Positions 24,250-36,059 of a stretch of DNA of 49,128 nucleotides are shown piece by piece. The position numbers and the translations under genes were made by a program. The notes beneath the pieces are model-generated. The model was not told the DNA's origin. It saw nothing but the letters and a program-made list of their open reading frames with translations, and did not search any database. How positions within the stretch are numbered: the first letter of the stretch is position 1; every line of letters starts with the position of its first letter. Source of the DNA: Octopus bimaculoides (taxonomy: Eukaryota); NCBI RefSeq assembly GCF_001194135.2, contig NC_069006.1:11984381-12033508 (forward strand), read 5' to 3'.

Positions 24250-24390
24250 AACGGGCTTCTTTCAGTTTCCATCTACCAAATGCACTCTCAAGGCTTTGGT
24301 CAGCCTGAGGCTATAATGGAAGACACTTACCCAAGGTGTCACACAGTGGGACTGAGCCCAGAATCATTTGGTTGGGAAGCAAACTCCTTA
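24250..24390 (-). mobile_element. SINE family B, 5' module
   Basis: Reverse complement of 7585-7740. Confidence 0.8.
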
Positions 24391-24484
24391 TAAGAATATT
24401 TATAATAATAATTATAAAAATCATTATCATAATGGTGCAGGAGTGGCTGTGTGGTAAGTAGCTTGCTTACCAACCATATGTTTA

Positions 24485-24532
<48 letters not shown>

Positions 24533-24544
24533 TGTCCCCACACC

Positions 24545-25250
24545 AATATTATTATTATTATTTATTAAACTACTACATGCTAATTTAAATAAACAGGAAT
24601 GTTGTCATGGTGTTTAGTGACAGCAAGTTTCGTCAAATCTCATGAATCTTTCTTAGGATTCTTACAGAATACAGGATAGTACATTTCTGCTGGTCGATAA
24701 TATGAGTTTCAATTCCAATATTTTTCAGTTTCTTAGGTAGCATTTTGAGTGCTGTGCCAAATTCACCAGTTACCACAGGAATAATTGCTGCTTTAGTCTT
24801 CCAGCTCTCTTGTTAGGTCCTGCTCTTGCTCAGATTTTCGATGTCTTCGATATTGACTCGGTTATCATAGGAAATTACAAAGTCTAGGATCTTTTTATTT
24901 TGTCCTCTATGATCATATCTGATCTTCTTGTTTCAATAGTATGGATAAGTTCCATAAGATCCCGTAATTCTTCTTCACTATCACAGCCGCTGGTTCATGT
25001 TTATTCCACTTACCTGTTATTTCAAAACCACATACTTGGCTCACGTCTCAATGCACACTTTTTACCTCACAGTCATGTCACTCTTATACTCTTTTTTGTT
25101 GAAGTTTCTTACATTCACACACGAGATGATCGATGCTTTTGCCTCTTTTCCTGTAGATTTGCTGTCTGTCTCAGTTTTATCAATATTTGCCTTTATCAGA
25201 TTTGTCCTAAAGGCCTGTTTCTAAGTGACTATAATCAGCATTTCAATCTT
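24545..25250 (-). mobile_element. Decayed Dong/R4-clade RLE retrotransposon 3' fragment (different family from 1777 and 4570)
   Basis: Frameshifted minus-strand remnant: QAFRTNLIKANIDKTETDSK..IDHLVCECKKLQQKEYK..HD..ETRRSDMIIEDK..DF.I.YD.RV..IIPVVTGEFG..LKNIGIETHI..QKCTILYSVRILRK. The 3' end abuts (TAA)n. Confidence 0.8.
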
Positions 25251-25499
25251 TTATTATCATCATCATCATGAGTTTTTTTTGCTTTCAGCTTTGTTTCCAT
25301 TTCTTGCTGAGTGTGTTCCCAATACCTAAGGCAAAGGCCCTCACTGTATACATTAATAAGCCATTAAAATAAACATACCAGATTGTTCATTTACAAAGAA
25401 AAAGAGACAAAATTTACATGGGTTATTATTATTATTATCATCAATAATATTAATACGCTAATTTCTTGTTTTTGTACGTACCTGTTGTGTGCGTCACAC

Positions 25500-25880
25500 T
25501 TCAAAGAAGGGGCAAAGTGAGAGAGAGGAGGACAGAGAGAAAGTATGAGAGAATGAGAGAGAAAGGGAGAGTGAGAGAGAAAGAGAGAGAGTGAAAGAGA
25601 CTGAGTGGTGATGGCATTCGTTTTGTGTTTTTAAATGTTTCAAAAAGGAAGTAAGATAGAAAGAAAGAGAGTGAGAGAGGGAGAAAAAGTGAAAGAGAAA
25701 GAGAGAGTGAAAGAGACAGTGAGTGGTGATGGCGTTCGTTTTGTGTTTTTAAATGTTTATCACATTGCAAGAGAAGTAGATACATAGATACATATACACA
25801 TTGTTAAATCAAAACCAGGAGAGAAGAGGGAAACAAAGGAAGTGAAAAAGAAAGAGAGAAAATGAAAGAGACAGTAGATA
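25500..25880. repeat. GA-rich tract containing a ~57-bp tandem duplication (25584-25640 and 25701-25758)
   Basis: gagagagtgaaagagac..tgagtggtgatggc.ttcgttttgtgtttttaaatgttt occurs twice, with a period of ~118 bp. Confidence 0.8.
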
Positions 25881-26299
25881 TATAAATTCAAAGAAAAGCT
25901 CATTCATAGATACACACACACAGAGCAAATATTGGATGTCAATTTCACTTTTCATTACCACATGAGGATAAAATTTAACTCACAAATGACTGAGTTCTCC
26001 ACAGATATGCATAGCATTAACGTAGTTCTCAGGGAGATTTAGGGTTAGATTTAAAACATTTGCAATAATAAGTGTCGCATGGTGGAAATAAATACAATTA
26101 CCAAACTTCCATTCATAAATCCATTTATTATTTTGTTCTTTTGCATTTCAATTTGTACAATAAGGTTCTTTGAATATGTACAATGTATTGTAAGGTTAAA
26201 TAGTAATTCCGTTTACATTTGTGTAACAGATATTTTGGTTGGATTACGTTTTGGTGTTACATTACTTTCTATATTCTGTAACTGTCACAATATACTTTT

Positions 26300-26430
26300 C
26301 TAGGCCTGAATTCAATGCCAGTTGATTAGATTGACCCTAGTACACAACTGATACTTAATTTATCGACCCTGAAAGGACGAAAGGCAAAGTTGATCCCAGC
26401 AGAATTTGAACTCAAAACGTAAAGACACAC
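26300..26430 (-). mobile_element. SINE family A fragment
   Basis: tttatcgaccctgaaaggacgaaaggcaaagttg..gaatttgaactc. Confidence 0.75.
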
Positions 26431-26619
26431 AGTCATAATCTACAAACATTTCTCATGGCACCAGTACACTGTTTACAGACGCTTACATTTTTTATGTTTT
26501 CCGTAAACTTTTCACAGGTTCAGTTAGTTGTTGTTATTATTATTATTATTTCCAATTTTTTTCCATTTCTTGCCAATTGTTATTATCATTATTATTATTA
26601 TTAAGGCAGTGAGCTGGCT

Positions 26620-26805
26620 TGTACCAAAGTTAGATGGATTGTACCTGTTATTCAAAAGCACAGTCTTGTTACATACGCCGTGTCATGATTCTGCCTGAGA
26701 ATTACATTAAGGGTACACATGTCTGTCGAATGTTCAGTCACTTACATGTTAATCCAGAAGAAGGTAATTTAGTTGACCAGACAACTGAATCTTCATTGTC
26801 AAATG
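26620..26805 (+). mobile_element. SINE-like interspersed repeat (family C), homologous to 33600-33728 on the minus strand
   Basis: ttaagggtacacatgtctgtcgaatgttcagtcacttacatgttaat matches the reverse complement of attaatgtgcaagtggctgagcactccacagacacgtgtacccttaa. Confidence 0.65.
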
Positions 26806-27557
26806 ATGGAGATTCATCACCTCCACCACCACCACCACCACCATATAATGCCTTAAAACTAGACACATTCAGACACAAATACACCTTTATTAGAATGTAA
26901 CAATTCATGAACAAATATTAAATCTTTTTCAGTCATGTAATTTCTATGAACTGTCATGTTATTTCTTTGTTCTTCCAAACTAACCTAAAGTTGACTCAAA
27001 ACATAATCAGCAGTGTAGAGTACAAACAATATTATTTTGTTTGTCTGTTAATGTTATTATATTGTGTTGTTATAAAGTTTCTGTAACATTATCTATCTAT
27101 AAAACATATTTAACTTAAAATTTTCTCAGACAGGAACAAAAATTGATTTATGTTTCTACTTTAATTAATTTGTTAATGAAGACAGCTCTTGAAAAAAAGA
27201 AAAGAAAAAATATTAGAGAGGGAACAACCAAGAAGGCATCGACTGAGCTTATCTGAGAACAGTTAGAACTAATGAGAGAATTCACCATTTCTATTCTGCG
27301 GCTCTACATTATCAGATTTTCCCACTCACTTGTGGCTCTTCTGCCCTGCCCCACTCAATCTTACCCATCTTCTACCTTGAGGGTTCATCTTGACACCTTA
27401 TAACCACTATTTTTGCTACTTTCCTGCCCCACCCAAGCTCTAAAATGTATGTAGTCATGTAGCTCCTTTACAGCAAGAAACCCATTCTGTCCCATCCCTT
27501 TTTCCTCATGCTTTGCCCCACTATGTTCCCCATTCTTCTAGTATAAAGACATGCACG

Positions 27558-27601
<44 letters not shown>

Positions 27602-28582
27602 ACCTCATCATTTGCAAATTGCATGACAACTTCACTAGTGCTGGTGGTACAGAAAAAAAAACACCTATTACATGGTATAAAATAGATGGCACCATGAAGA
27701 GCATTCATCTGTGGAAACCATGCTTTGATAGCACATAAACCAGATTTCAAATGAAGGCTTAAAACATTTCATAGTATGAACACAAGACCAAAGTGGAGAT
27801 TTTATGGAGGCATTCTAACCATTTCTGTTACTATTGTTCAATGCAGAGTAGGCTTTGCAGCCCCTGCTGTCAAGCTGAACAACAGGTCTTATTAAATGTT
27901 ATATTTTAAAGATTTCTGCACCTAAACAGTGGACAAAAACCATACAGCTATGTTGTTATTTCAGAAACACACAACATAAAAGTGAGGATTTTCTGAAGCT
28001 AAGAACAGTCAGAGATTCTTGGTGCAGCATTGTAGTCACATTTTGATTGCTGTTGTTTGTAAAATAAGATGCATTTGCTGAAGTTTTTAAAGCCCTACAT
28101 GAAAATGAATTACAATAAAAAAGAAAAAGCACAGAATAAAGGGTATCCTTCAGCTCCAGTGAATATATAATATATATATTCAGCTTGGTTTGTTGATATT
28201 TGAAAATACTTCTCAGAGTGATGACTGTGCCCTGCTTAGTTACAGGTTGCCCTTTGGCAAGGCATAACACCCATTCAGCCACCCTGCTAGGGATACAACA
28301 ATGCCATGTGACTGCAGCATAGCGGATTGTGAAGAGGTTGCAGAAGAGCTCAGCTGAGCCAACAGTGTTTCTTACATTGATCCTGAGCAGAGGAATCCTA
28401 GAAGATCAACAGTTAGGATCACCAAGCTCTATCAAGAGAATAACTGCAACACATCCACAGGGTTGGCATCCATGATTGTGTAATCAGTTAATGAAAGATT
28501 CACTGTGACTCAATCTCCCAATTCAAATTCATAATAATGGAGTTGGATGGCAACTAAGAGTCATGGAAATCCACAAAAGCAG

Positions 28583-28630
<48 letters not shown>

Positions 28631-28634
28631 AATT

Positions 28635-29105
28635 CGATGACTGGCACCTGTGCCAGTGGAGTGCTAACAGCTCCATTCAAGCGGGATCACTGCCAGAACA
28701 GCTGTCTAGCTTCCGTGCCAGTGGCACATAAAGAGCACCATTTGAGTGTGATCGTTACCAGCGTCACCTTAATGGCACTTGTACCGGTGGCACATGAACA
28801 AAACATTGGAGCGAGGTCGTTGCCAGTGCCACTGGACTGACTCCTGTGAAGGTGGCACATAAAAAACACCATTTGATCGTGGCCATTTCCAGTACCGCCA
28901 GACTGGCCCTTGTGCCGGTGGCATGTAAAAGCACCCACTACACTCTCGGAGTGGTTGGCATTAGGAAGGGCATCAAGCTGTAGAAATTTTGCCAGATCAG
29001 ACTGGAGCCTGGTGCAGCCATCTGGTTTGCCAGTCCTCAGTCAAATCGTCTAATCCATGCTAGCATGGAAAGCGGACGTTAAACAATGATGATGATGATG
29101 ATGGT
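28635..29105 (+). mobile_element. RTE-derived 3' UTR element with ~65-bp internal tandem units and (GAT)n tail
   Basis: gtgcc(a/g)gtggcac(a/g)taaa..cacc repeated ~5 times, then gagtggttggcattaggaagggcatc..catgctagcatggaaagcggacgttaaac(gat)n. Confidence 0.88.
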
Positions 29106-30246
29106 GATATATATATATGTATGTGCTTTGTTTATACACTGATTAGCTTTGGAAATTTATCAGGGGAAAACTCCCTTAAGACATCAAGTGTTAAAAAACA
29201 ATGAATACCTCAAAACCAATGAATTATCAGCTAGTTATTTCTCCTGGTGCCATGAGGCAAATAATAGAAAACACCAGCCCATGGTAATGAATCCCAAACC
29301 ACACAGTTGCAAAGCATGCTTCTTAGCCACACAGCCATGTCTTATAATATTTAGCATATTTATTAAATTTTGAATTAGAAGTAGAAGTGGCACTAAAGTG
29401 GAAGGATCCCCCAAAACTGCATGGAGAAAGATTATTGACAAGGAAAGCAGATGAGAAGGTTGGGGAAGCTGGAATGAGACCAGAACAGTGGCTGAAAACA
29501 GAGCTAGTTAGAGAGATTGTGTTATGGTCTTATTTACAGAGTGTACTGGGTGCTTTTTATGTGACACCAGAAAAGAAAGAGAAAAAGGAAAAAGACAATG
29601 AACAATAAAATAAAGACAACTAGAAAAGAATGAAATGCCTTGAAGGTAATCAGATATATAAACAAAGGGATTAACAGCTCACACATCAAATCAACTCCCT
29701 GCACAGTTATATTCCTCCATGACTACTTGACTGCTGATGGTGATTTGTTTGTCTAAAACCTTCAAGGCAGTGCACCAGTATGGCCACAGTCCAATGACTG
29801 AAACAAGTAAAAGATAAAAGATAACAGCATGGAAGCTACACTAAAGAGGATGGGACAAAGTTATGTTCAACAAACTGTAAAAATATTGGAAGAATTCATT
29901 CAAGGCTATTGTTACAGAAGCTCTCAGATTTGAGGAGTTACAAACTTATGACAGAGTAGTGTAACAATGCCTACAAAGAAGTTACTGAATGAAGAAAACT
30001 ACCGGAAAATGATGATGAATGGCAGAGATGCTTTGCAGAAGCATCATTAGTGAAATTGCCTTCACAACCAAAATATCTGTGTATGCTCTCTGATTTGTGC
30101 CTTGAATGTACCTAACGATTCTGCAGAACTTCATTGTATATTTGAAAACCAAATGATGGAAGACTTCCTTGGAGACAATTCAAAAGATTTAGCTATTCAG
30201 AGAAAAAAAATCTCTGAGAGATGTAGAATAACCTTTGTTGGTCTAT

Positions 30247-30272
30247 GGGTTAGGGTTAGGGTTAGGGTTAGG
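30247..30272 (+). repeat. Interstitial telomere-type (GGGTTA)4 repeat
   Basis: gggttagggttagggttagggttagg is directly visible. Confidence 0.85.
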
Positions 30273-30729
30273 TCCTTGGTCTTCCTTCTCCACATCTTTT
30301 AGTGTTTAATGAAATAACTGAAAATAATATTGACTGACATTCATCAAAAGCTCTGCAGGTGTTCAGCAAGTTTAACTGAAACACCATGGCAAATATTTCA
30401 GCTATTACTCTCTTCAGTTGGAGTTCCTGAAGAGCTACACAGTTTTCTTCTTCAGATGATCAAGATGCTTGTATGCTTGTGGGGAAAACATCTATATACA
30501 ATACATTCATTCAGTGTCTTAATAATAACAAGAAGACAGCTTTGTGCTCTGCTACAACAGGCATTTCAGCAAATTTATTAATTGATGGGAAAGTAGTGCA
30601 GGCAGCAGTTTAAAAGTACTTTTTAAAAGTATTTGTTTCTGTAGTGGAAACATCAGCCTCCCACATGAAAATATCATCTGAAGACTCAATATCTACAAAG
30701 AAGTTAAATTCTTCATCTCCCGTAGGATT

Positions 30730-30991
30730 TTCGAGCGAGATCGTTGCCAGTGCCCCTGGACTGGCTTGTGCGGGTGGCACATAAAAGACACCATTTCGAG
30801 CGTGGCCGTTTTCGTGCGGGTGACACGTAAAAGCACCCACTACACTCTCTGAGTGGTTGGCGTTAGGAAGGGCATCCAGCTGTAGAAACTCTGCCAAATC
30901 AGACTGGAGCCTGGTGTTGCCATCCGGTTTCACCACTCCTCAGTCAAATCGTCCAACCCATGCTAGCATGGAAAGCGGACGTTAAACGATG
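30730..30991 (+). mobile_element. RTE 3' tail inserted into the Helitron fossil
   Basis: Near-identical to 14450-14720 and 28800-29090. Ends at an N gap. Confidence 0.9.
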
Positions 30992-31200
30992 NNNNNNNNN
31001 NNNNNNNNNNNNNNNNNNNNNNNNNNNNNNNNNNNNNNNNNNNNNNNNNNNNNNNNNNNNNNNNNNNNNNNNNNNNNNNNNNNNNNNNNNNNNNNNNNNN
31101 NNNNNNNNNNNNNNNNNNNNNNNNNNNNNNNNNNNNNNNNNNNNNNNNNNNNNNNNNNNNNNNNNNNNNNNNNNNNNNNNNNNNNNNNNNNNNNNNNNNN

Positions 31201-31499
31201 AGCCTCGGGCCGACCAAAGCCTTGTGAGTGGATTTAGTAGACGGAAACTGAAAGAAGCCCGTTGTATATATGTATATATATATGTGTGTGTGTGTGTTTG
31301 TGTGTCTGTGTTTGTCCCCCCAACATCACTTGACAACCAATGCTGGTGTGTTTACATCCCCGTAACTTAGCAGTTCGGCATAAGAGACCAATAGAATAAG
31401 TACTAGGCTTACAAAGAATAAGTCCTGGAGTCGATTTGCTCAACTAAAGGCAGTGCTCCAGCATGGCCGCAGTCAAATGACTGAAACGAGTAAAAGAGT
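31201..31499 (+). mobile_element. SINE family B (young-looking, both modules)
   Basis: agcctcgggccgaccaaagccttgtgagtgg..(TA/TG)n..cttgacaacc..gatagaataagtac..gactgaaacgagtaaaagag. CpGs are retained. Confidence 0.9.
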
Positions 31500-31904
31500 A
31501 TAGGTTGAAGCTTTGATGCTATCTACTAACAATCAATGAACCACTGACATATTCTTGAAGCAAAATATGAGTCATGACAGACATTTTGTTAGTAAAATGT
31601 TAGGAGATCTTGGTTACATTACTACCATGATACCAAGGGATTCTAATGGTTCTGTCTATTATGGAAAATTGTATTAAATCACTTCAGTTTTGGCCAAATG
31701 TAAAAGTGCTAAACCTATCAGAAAATATAAAGATTAGAAATGGTTTACAGACAAATGAATGTAGAACTCTGAGAATTCTCAAAGCCAGTATTTGTTAATG
31801 AATTCCTCATCACAGATTGACTTACTTTTGACTTTTGACCGTTTCTGTTGAAATATTCTTGCTATTTCAATTAATTCTTAAATTGAGCTTTTTTTTACTG
31901 TCTT

Positions 31905-32081
31905 TTACTTGTCTCAGTCATTGGATGGTGACCATTCTGGGGCATTACCTCAGAGGGTTTTGAGTTGGACAAACTGACCCCAATGCTTACTTAAGTCTGG
32001 TACTTATTTTATGGGTCTCTTTTGCTGAAGTGCTAAGTTATGGGGGACATAAACAAGCCAACACTAGTTGTCAAGTGGTGC

Positions 32082-32131
<50 letters not shown>

Positions 32132-32260
32132 NNNNNNNNNNTTTGGTTAACCAGAAGCTGTAGTTGAAGATACTTGCTCAAAGTTCCACACAATGAGATT
32201 GAACCTAAAACTACATAGTTGCAAAGCAAGCTTCTTACCCACACAGCCATGCCTGTGCCC
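31905..32260 (-). mobile_element. Degenerate SINE family B
   Basis: Both modules are present as reverse complements around (CA)n. Confidence 0.7.
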
Positions 32261-33364
32261 ATAATGGAGAATTTAATCAAATAACTGTCATTATTAAACT
32301 GATGCTTAAAAGGATGGCTGGTGTTGAGGAAAGTTTTTTTTTTTAATAATAAAAGAAGAAATAAAAGAAATCATTATTAAAATGGTTGTTTGGAATACAA
32401 ATCAACATGAGATTTTGATGGAAGGTTTAATTTAGATCACTTTAAACAGGAAGTTTGTATCATAAAAACAGGGGCAGTCTCAGGAGGGTTGGTGTCAAAA
32501 GGGTTAAAGCAAAATATGATTATAATAGGCATTTAGTTTGTAAAATTCTCCTGTTAGGAGATTTTAGCCAAATTGCTCCCATGTTACCAAGGAGTTCTAA
32601 TGCTGCTATTATTGGAGATTGTAATAAATTATTACAGATTTGGTCTAATGTGAAATTTCTAAGCCTTTCAGAAAATATGAGGATTACTGGCTAAAAAGAA
32701 TTTAATACATGGTTACTTGATGTTGGAAATGGTACACAGAGAAATAAGCGTCGATTTGAAGATCCAATCGAGATACTTCCTTCCTCAACTAATATCAAGT
32801 TAAGGTGTTATTATCAGAGACACATTTAGTGATTCAATGGAAAGAATCAATGAAGAACTTACAGAAAGTGTATCATCAAATGGAATATTAAAGTCATAAA
32901 AATGAAGATCTCTTGAAACTGAACAATGACATTCTTATATTACTGCTTGGAAATATCACAACATACAGAAGTGATGTGGGCATTGATGAGATTTTTCAAC
33001 TGTTGAAATTTTTTAAATACATTGACTCCACCAAGAATGGTGCTAGCAGTGATTGAACTTTGGTCTCATGTTCATCACTCACTGCATCACCATTTCTATC
33101 CATCTGTCATGTTTCTTTCATACTCTCATGGACTTACCTACCACTTCTCTTGTATTCATCTTCCTGTTACTTGAGGTTACAAAAATCAGTAATAGGAAAA
33201 AGCAAGTATGCTGGACCGTACCTGCTTTCTCCTATTTTTCATCATGGGCATTTTGTATGGCACTCAATAGAACTATAAATAAAAATATTTTGAAAATTCA
33301 CGCAGGAAATAAGGACAACAAAGGAAATCTTTTTTGATATTCATTAAAAATAAAACTTGCCATC

Positions 33365-33855
33365 TTCAATTCATTTTTTGTATCTATCCTCATCTATGGT
33401 CATGAATGTTGACCATAGATGGTCAAAAGAATATGATTGTGAAAATAAATGGCTGAAATGAAGTTCTTCTGAAGACTCTGTGGAGTAATATTACTTGACA
33501 GATGTTTAACTCAGAGATCAAGGAGCCTGTCCAGGTTGAGTTGCTACCTCTCCACATTGAGAGGTTACAGCTCCAGTCTTTTTTTTTTTTTTCGTTTTTA
33601 GTGTGGCACTCCATTGGTTACGACAACAAGGGTTCCAGTTGATCCAAACAATGGAACAGCCTGCTCGTGAAATTAATGTGCAAGTGGCTGAGCACTCCAC
33701 AGACACGTGTACCCTTAACGCAGTCTCAGTTGGTCATAGTTGGGAATCCAGCAGGAAAGCTTAATGTTACAGTTGCTTCTGTTAGGACCCTTTGGAGGAG
33801 GTACATGAGGACTCTATCCTCATGACACTTCCAAGAATAGTGGGCAGTGAAAATG
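33365..33855 (+). mobile_element. Old RTE (Expander/Rex3-like) coding remnant split by a family C SINE (33600-33728, minus)
   Basis: SFFVSILIYGHEC..MAEMKFF.RLCGVILLDR..ER.QL, which resumes after the SINE with GH..R...GR. Confidence 0.65.
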
Positions 33856-34319
33856 GATAGTTGGAACAGTATGAAATAATCTTCTTTTTTTTTCTGTCCT
33901 GCTATTACAAGTATGCCAATGAGAGGGCAGGGTTGTTTGAGTATCAGAAAAATTTTTGCAGAATCTATCTGGCTATTTCAATTCTGAGCACAAATCCTAC
34001 TGAAGTTAACTTTGCCTTTTATTTCTCTGAAGTTGATTAAATATGGTACCAGTCTACTACTGGGATTGATGACATCAATTAAGCCCCTCCCCTCAAAACT
34101 GCTAACTTTCTGCCAAAATTTGAAACCATTATTACAAGTATGGTACCTAGATTTTCTCCATTATTATTCAACTCAAAATATATTTGTAACAATATGGGAA
34201 TATTAGTATTTAAAAATAAATTAACTACTCTATATTTTGAATATATTTCTTTACTGTTACCAATACATTAAAGTACAATAAATATATGCATTGCCATTTT
34301 TGATGACACAAACTCACAC

Positions 34320-34350
<31 letters not shown>

Positions 34351-34764
34351 ATCACAAACAAAAATACGCATATAGAGATAAATACACATATATATATGTG
34401 TGTATGTGTATGTATCTTTATCTCCCTCTCCCTTTTTATATATCATTACCGTTCCCATCATTTAATGTCTATTTTTCAATGTGGTTGGACAATGTTAATT
34501 TGAGGGAGCAGATTTTCTGCCCTGATGCTCTTCGTCTATTTTCAAGTAAGGTAATATTGTCCCATGGCCAGCCATGTTCACACAGTATACTGGAAACGAA
34601 TGACACTGCTTGTATGACTGTGACACTCATTTACAACTACCATGTGATGTCAAGACAAGTTGGTGCAAACTCATACAGACATATACATACATATATGCAC
34701 ATACACACACGTACATACACATATACATACACACACGCATGCATGCATGCACATTATTTAATTC

Positions 34765-34964
34765 TTTTATTTGTTTCAGTCATTTGACTGTGGCCATGCT
34801 GGAGGGTTTTAATCAAACAAATCAACTCCAGGACTTATTCTTTGTAAGCCTAGTACTTATTCTATCGGTCTCTTTTGCCAAACTGTTAAGTTATGGGGAT
34901 GCAAACACACCAATACCAGTTGTCAAGTGGTGGCAGGAGACAAACACACACACACACACAGATA

Positions 34965-35007
<43 letters not shown>

Positions 35008-35345
35008 GTCGAAACGCCGGTGTTAAAACGTGGGTAGCTGATGAAGTAGAATGTTCTCTATGTGGCTCGTGTGTTCTCGTCTACGTTTGTTTGCAATGTC
35101 CTGTACCCAGATATGCACCTATACATACAGGTGGATGTCGGTATGCACATACCTGTACGTATATATGCATATACTCATTTACTTTTGTTTTTATATATAT
35201 ATATATATGACAGTCTTCTTTTAGTTTCCGTCTACCAAATCTACTCACAAGGCTACAGTAGAAGACACTTGCTCAAGGTTCCACACTGTGGGACTGAACC
35301 CAGAACCATGTGTTAGGGTAGCAAGCTTCTTATCACACAGCCACA
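34765..35345 (-). mobile_element. SINE family B with a Penelope-like fragment (~35005-35130) in its microsatellite spacer
   Basis: Both modules are present as reverse complements. The unrelated CpG-rich cgtcgaaacgccggtgtt..gctgatgaag segment lies between them. Confidence 0.7.
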
Positions 35346-36059
35346 CCACACACATATATGTGTGTGAATCTGGAACCATATGGGTAGGAAGTGAACATCT
35401 TATGACACAGCTACACTTGCACCTTATTCATGTATATATATGTATAAATGAATAAATATGTATATATATACACACAGACACACAATGTGTGTGTGTGTGT
35501 GTAAATTGCCTCAACCCAATGACTGTCTCAGTTAATTAACTGGTTCACCTGTCAAACAAAGAGATTTCACCAACAGCTGATATTCTGTTCTTTCTCAAAA
35601 CACTCCGACATTTATGGCTGAGAAGACTTGGCCCGTTGTTTTGTCTCCTTTTGTTGTTGTTGTTGTCGTTGTTGTTGCTGCTGCTACTGCTGCTGCTCTG
35701 TTATCTTCATTTTATTGTATTTAGTTAAGTACTGTTCCGGATATTGGCTGCAGCAATCTCTGTTATTCATGCAACTGCGTGCGCGTGTGTGTATAAACAT
35801 ACATGTATATATATATAAATATATATATGTATTTGTGTGTGTGTATATAGGTATATATTTATTTTTGTTTTTATGTATAGCTACACAAAACCAACATTCA
35901 TTAAAGGATGACTCAACACACTTAAGTAGAATATAAAATTTATTTTTACAAGGAAACGGTTGTCAGAGGCTTCAAAGTTCCACTGATTGTTAGCTTTGTC
36001 AGATTGTTCCACAAAGCTAACAATCAATGAAACATCAAAGAGTGGTTTGATAATGTGTA

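Larger units (their letters stand above)
29885..33340 (+). mobile_element. Highly decayed Helitron Rep/helicase fossil in several colinear pieces
   Basis: ~29900-30175: RLLL..FEELQTYD..ENDDEWQRCFAEAS..ALNVPNDSAELHCIFENQMMEDF. ~30470-30720: GKTSIYNTFIQCL..ALCSATTGISANLLIDGK (motifs I/Ia). ~32545-32725: ILLLGDFSQIAP..WSNVKFLSLSENMRI..EFNTWLLDVGNG (motifs III/IV). ~33180-33295: KSV.GK..YAGPYL.SPIFHHGH..MALNR (motifs V/VI). Confidence 0.82.

Noticed and set aside
33340-33430. Helitron 3' terminal hairpin plus CTRR
   Set aside because: The hairpin lies within RTE-derived sequence and no CTAG/CTRR follows at the expected distance.
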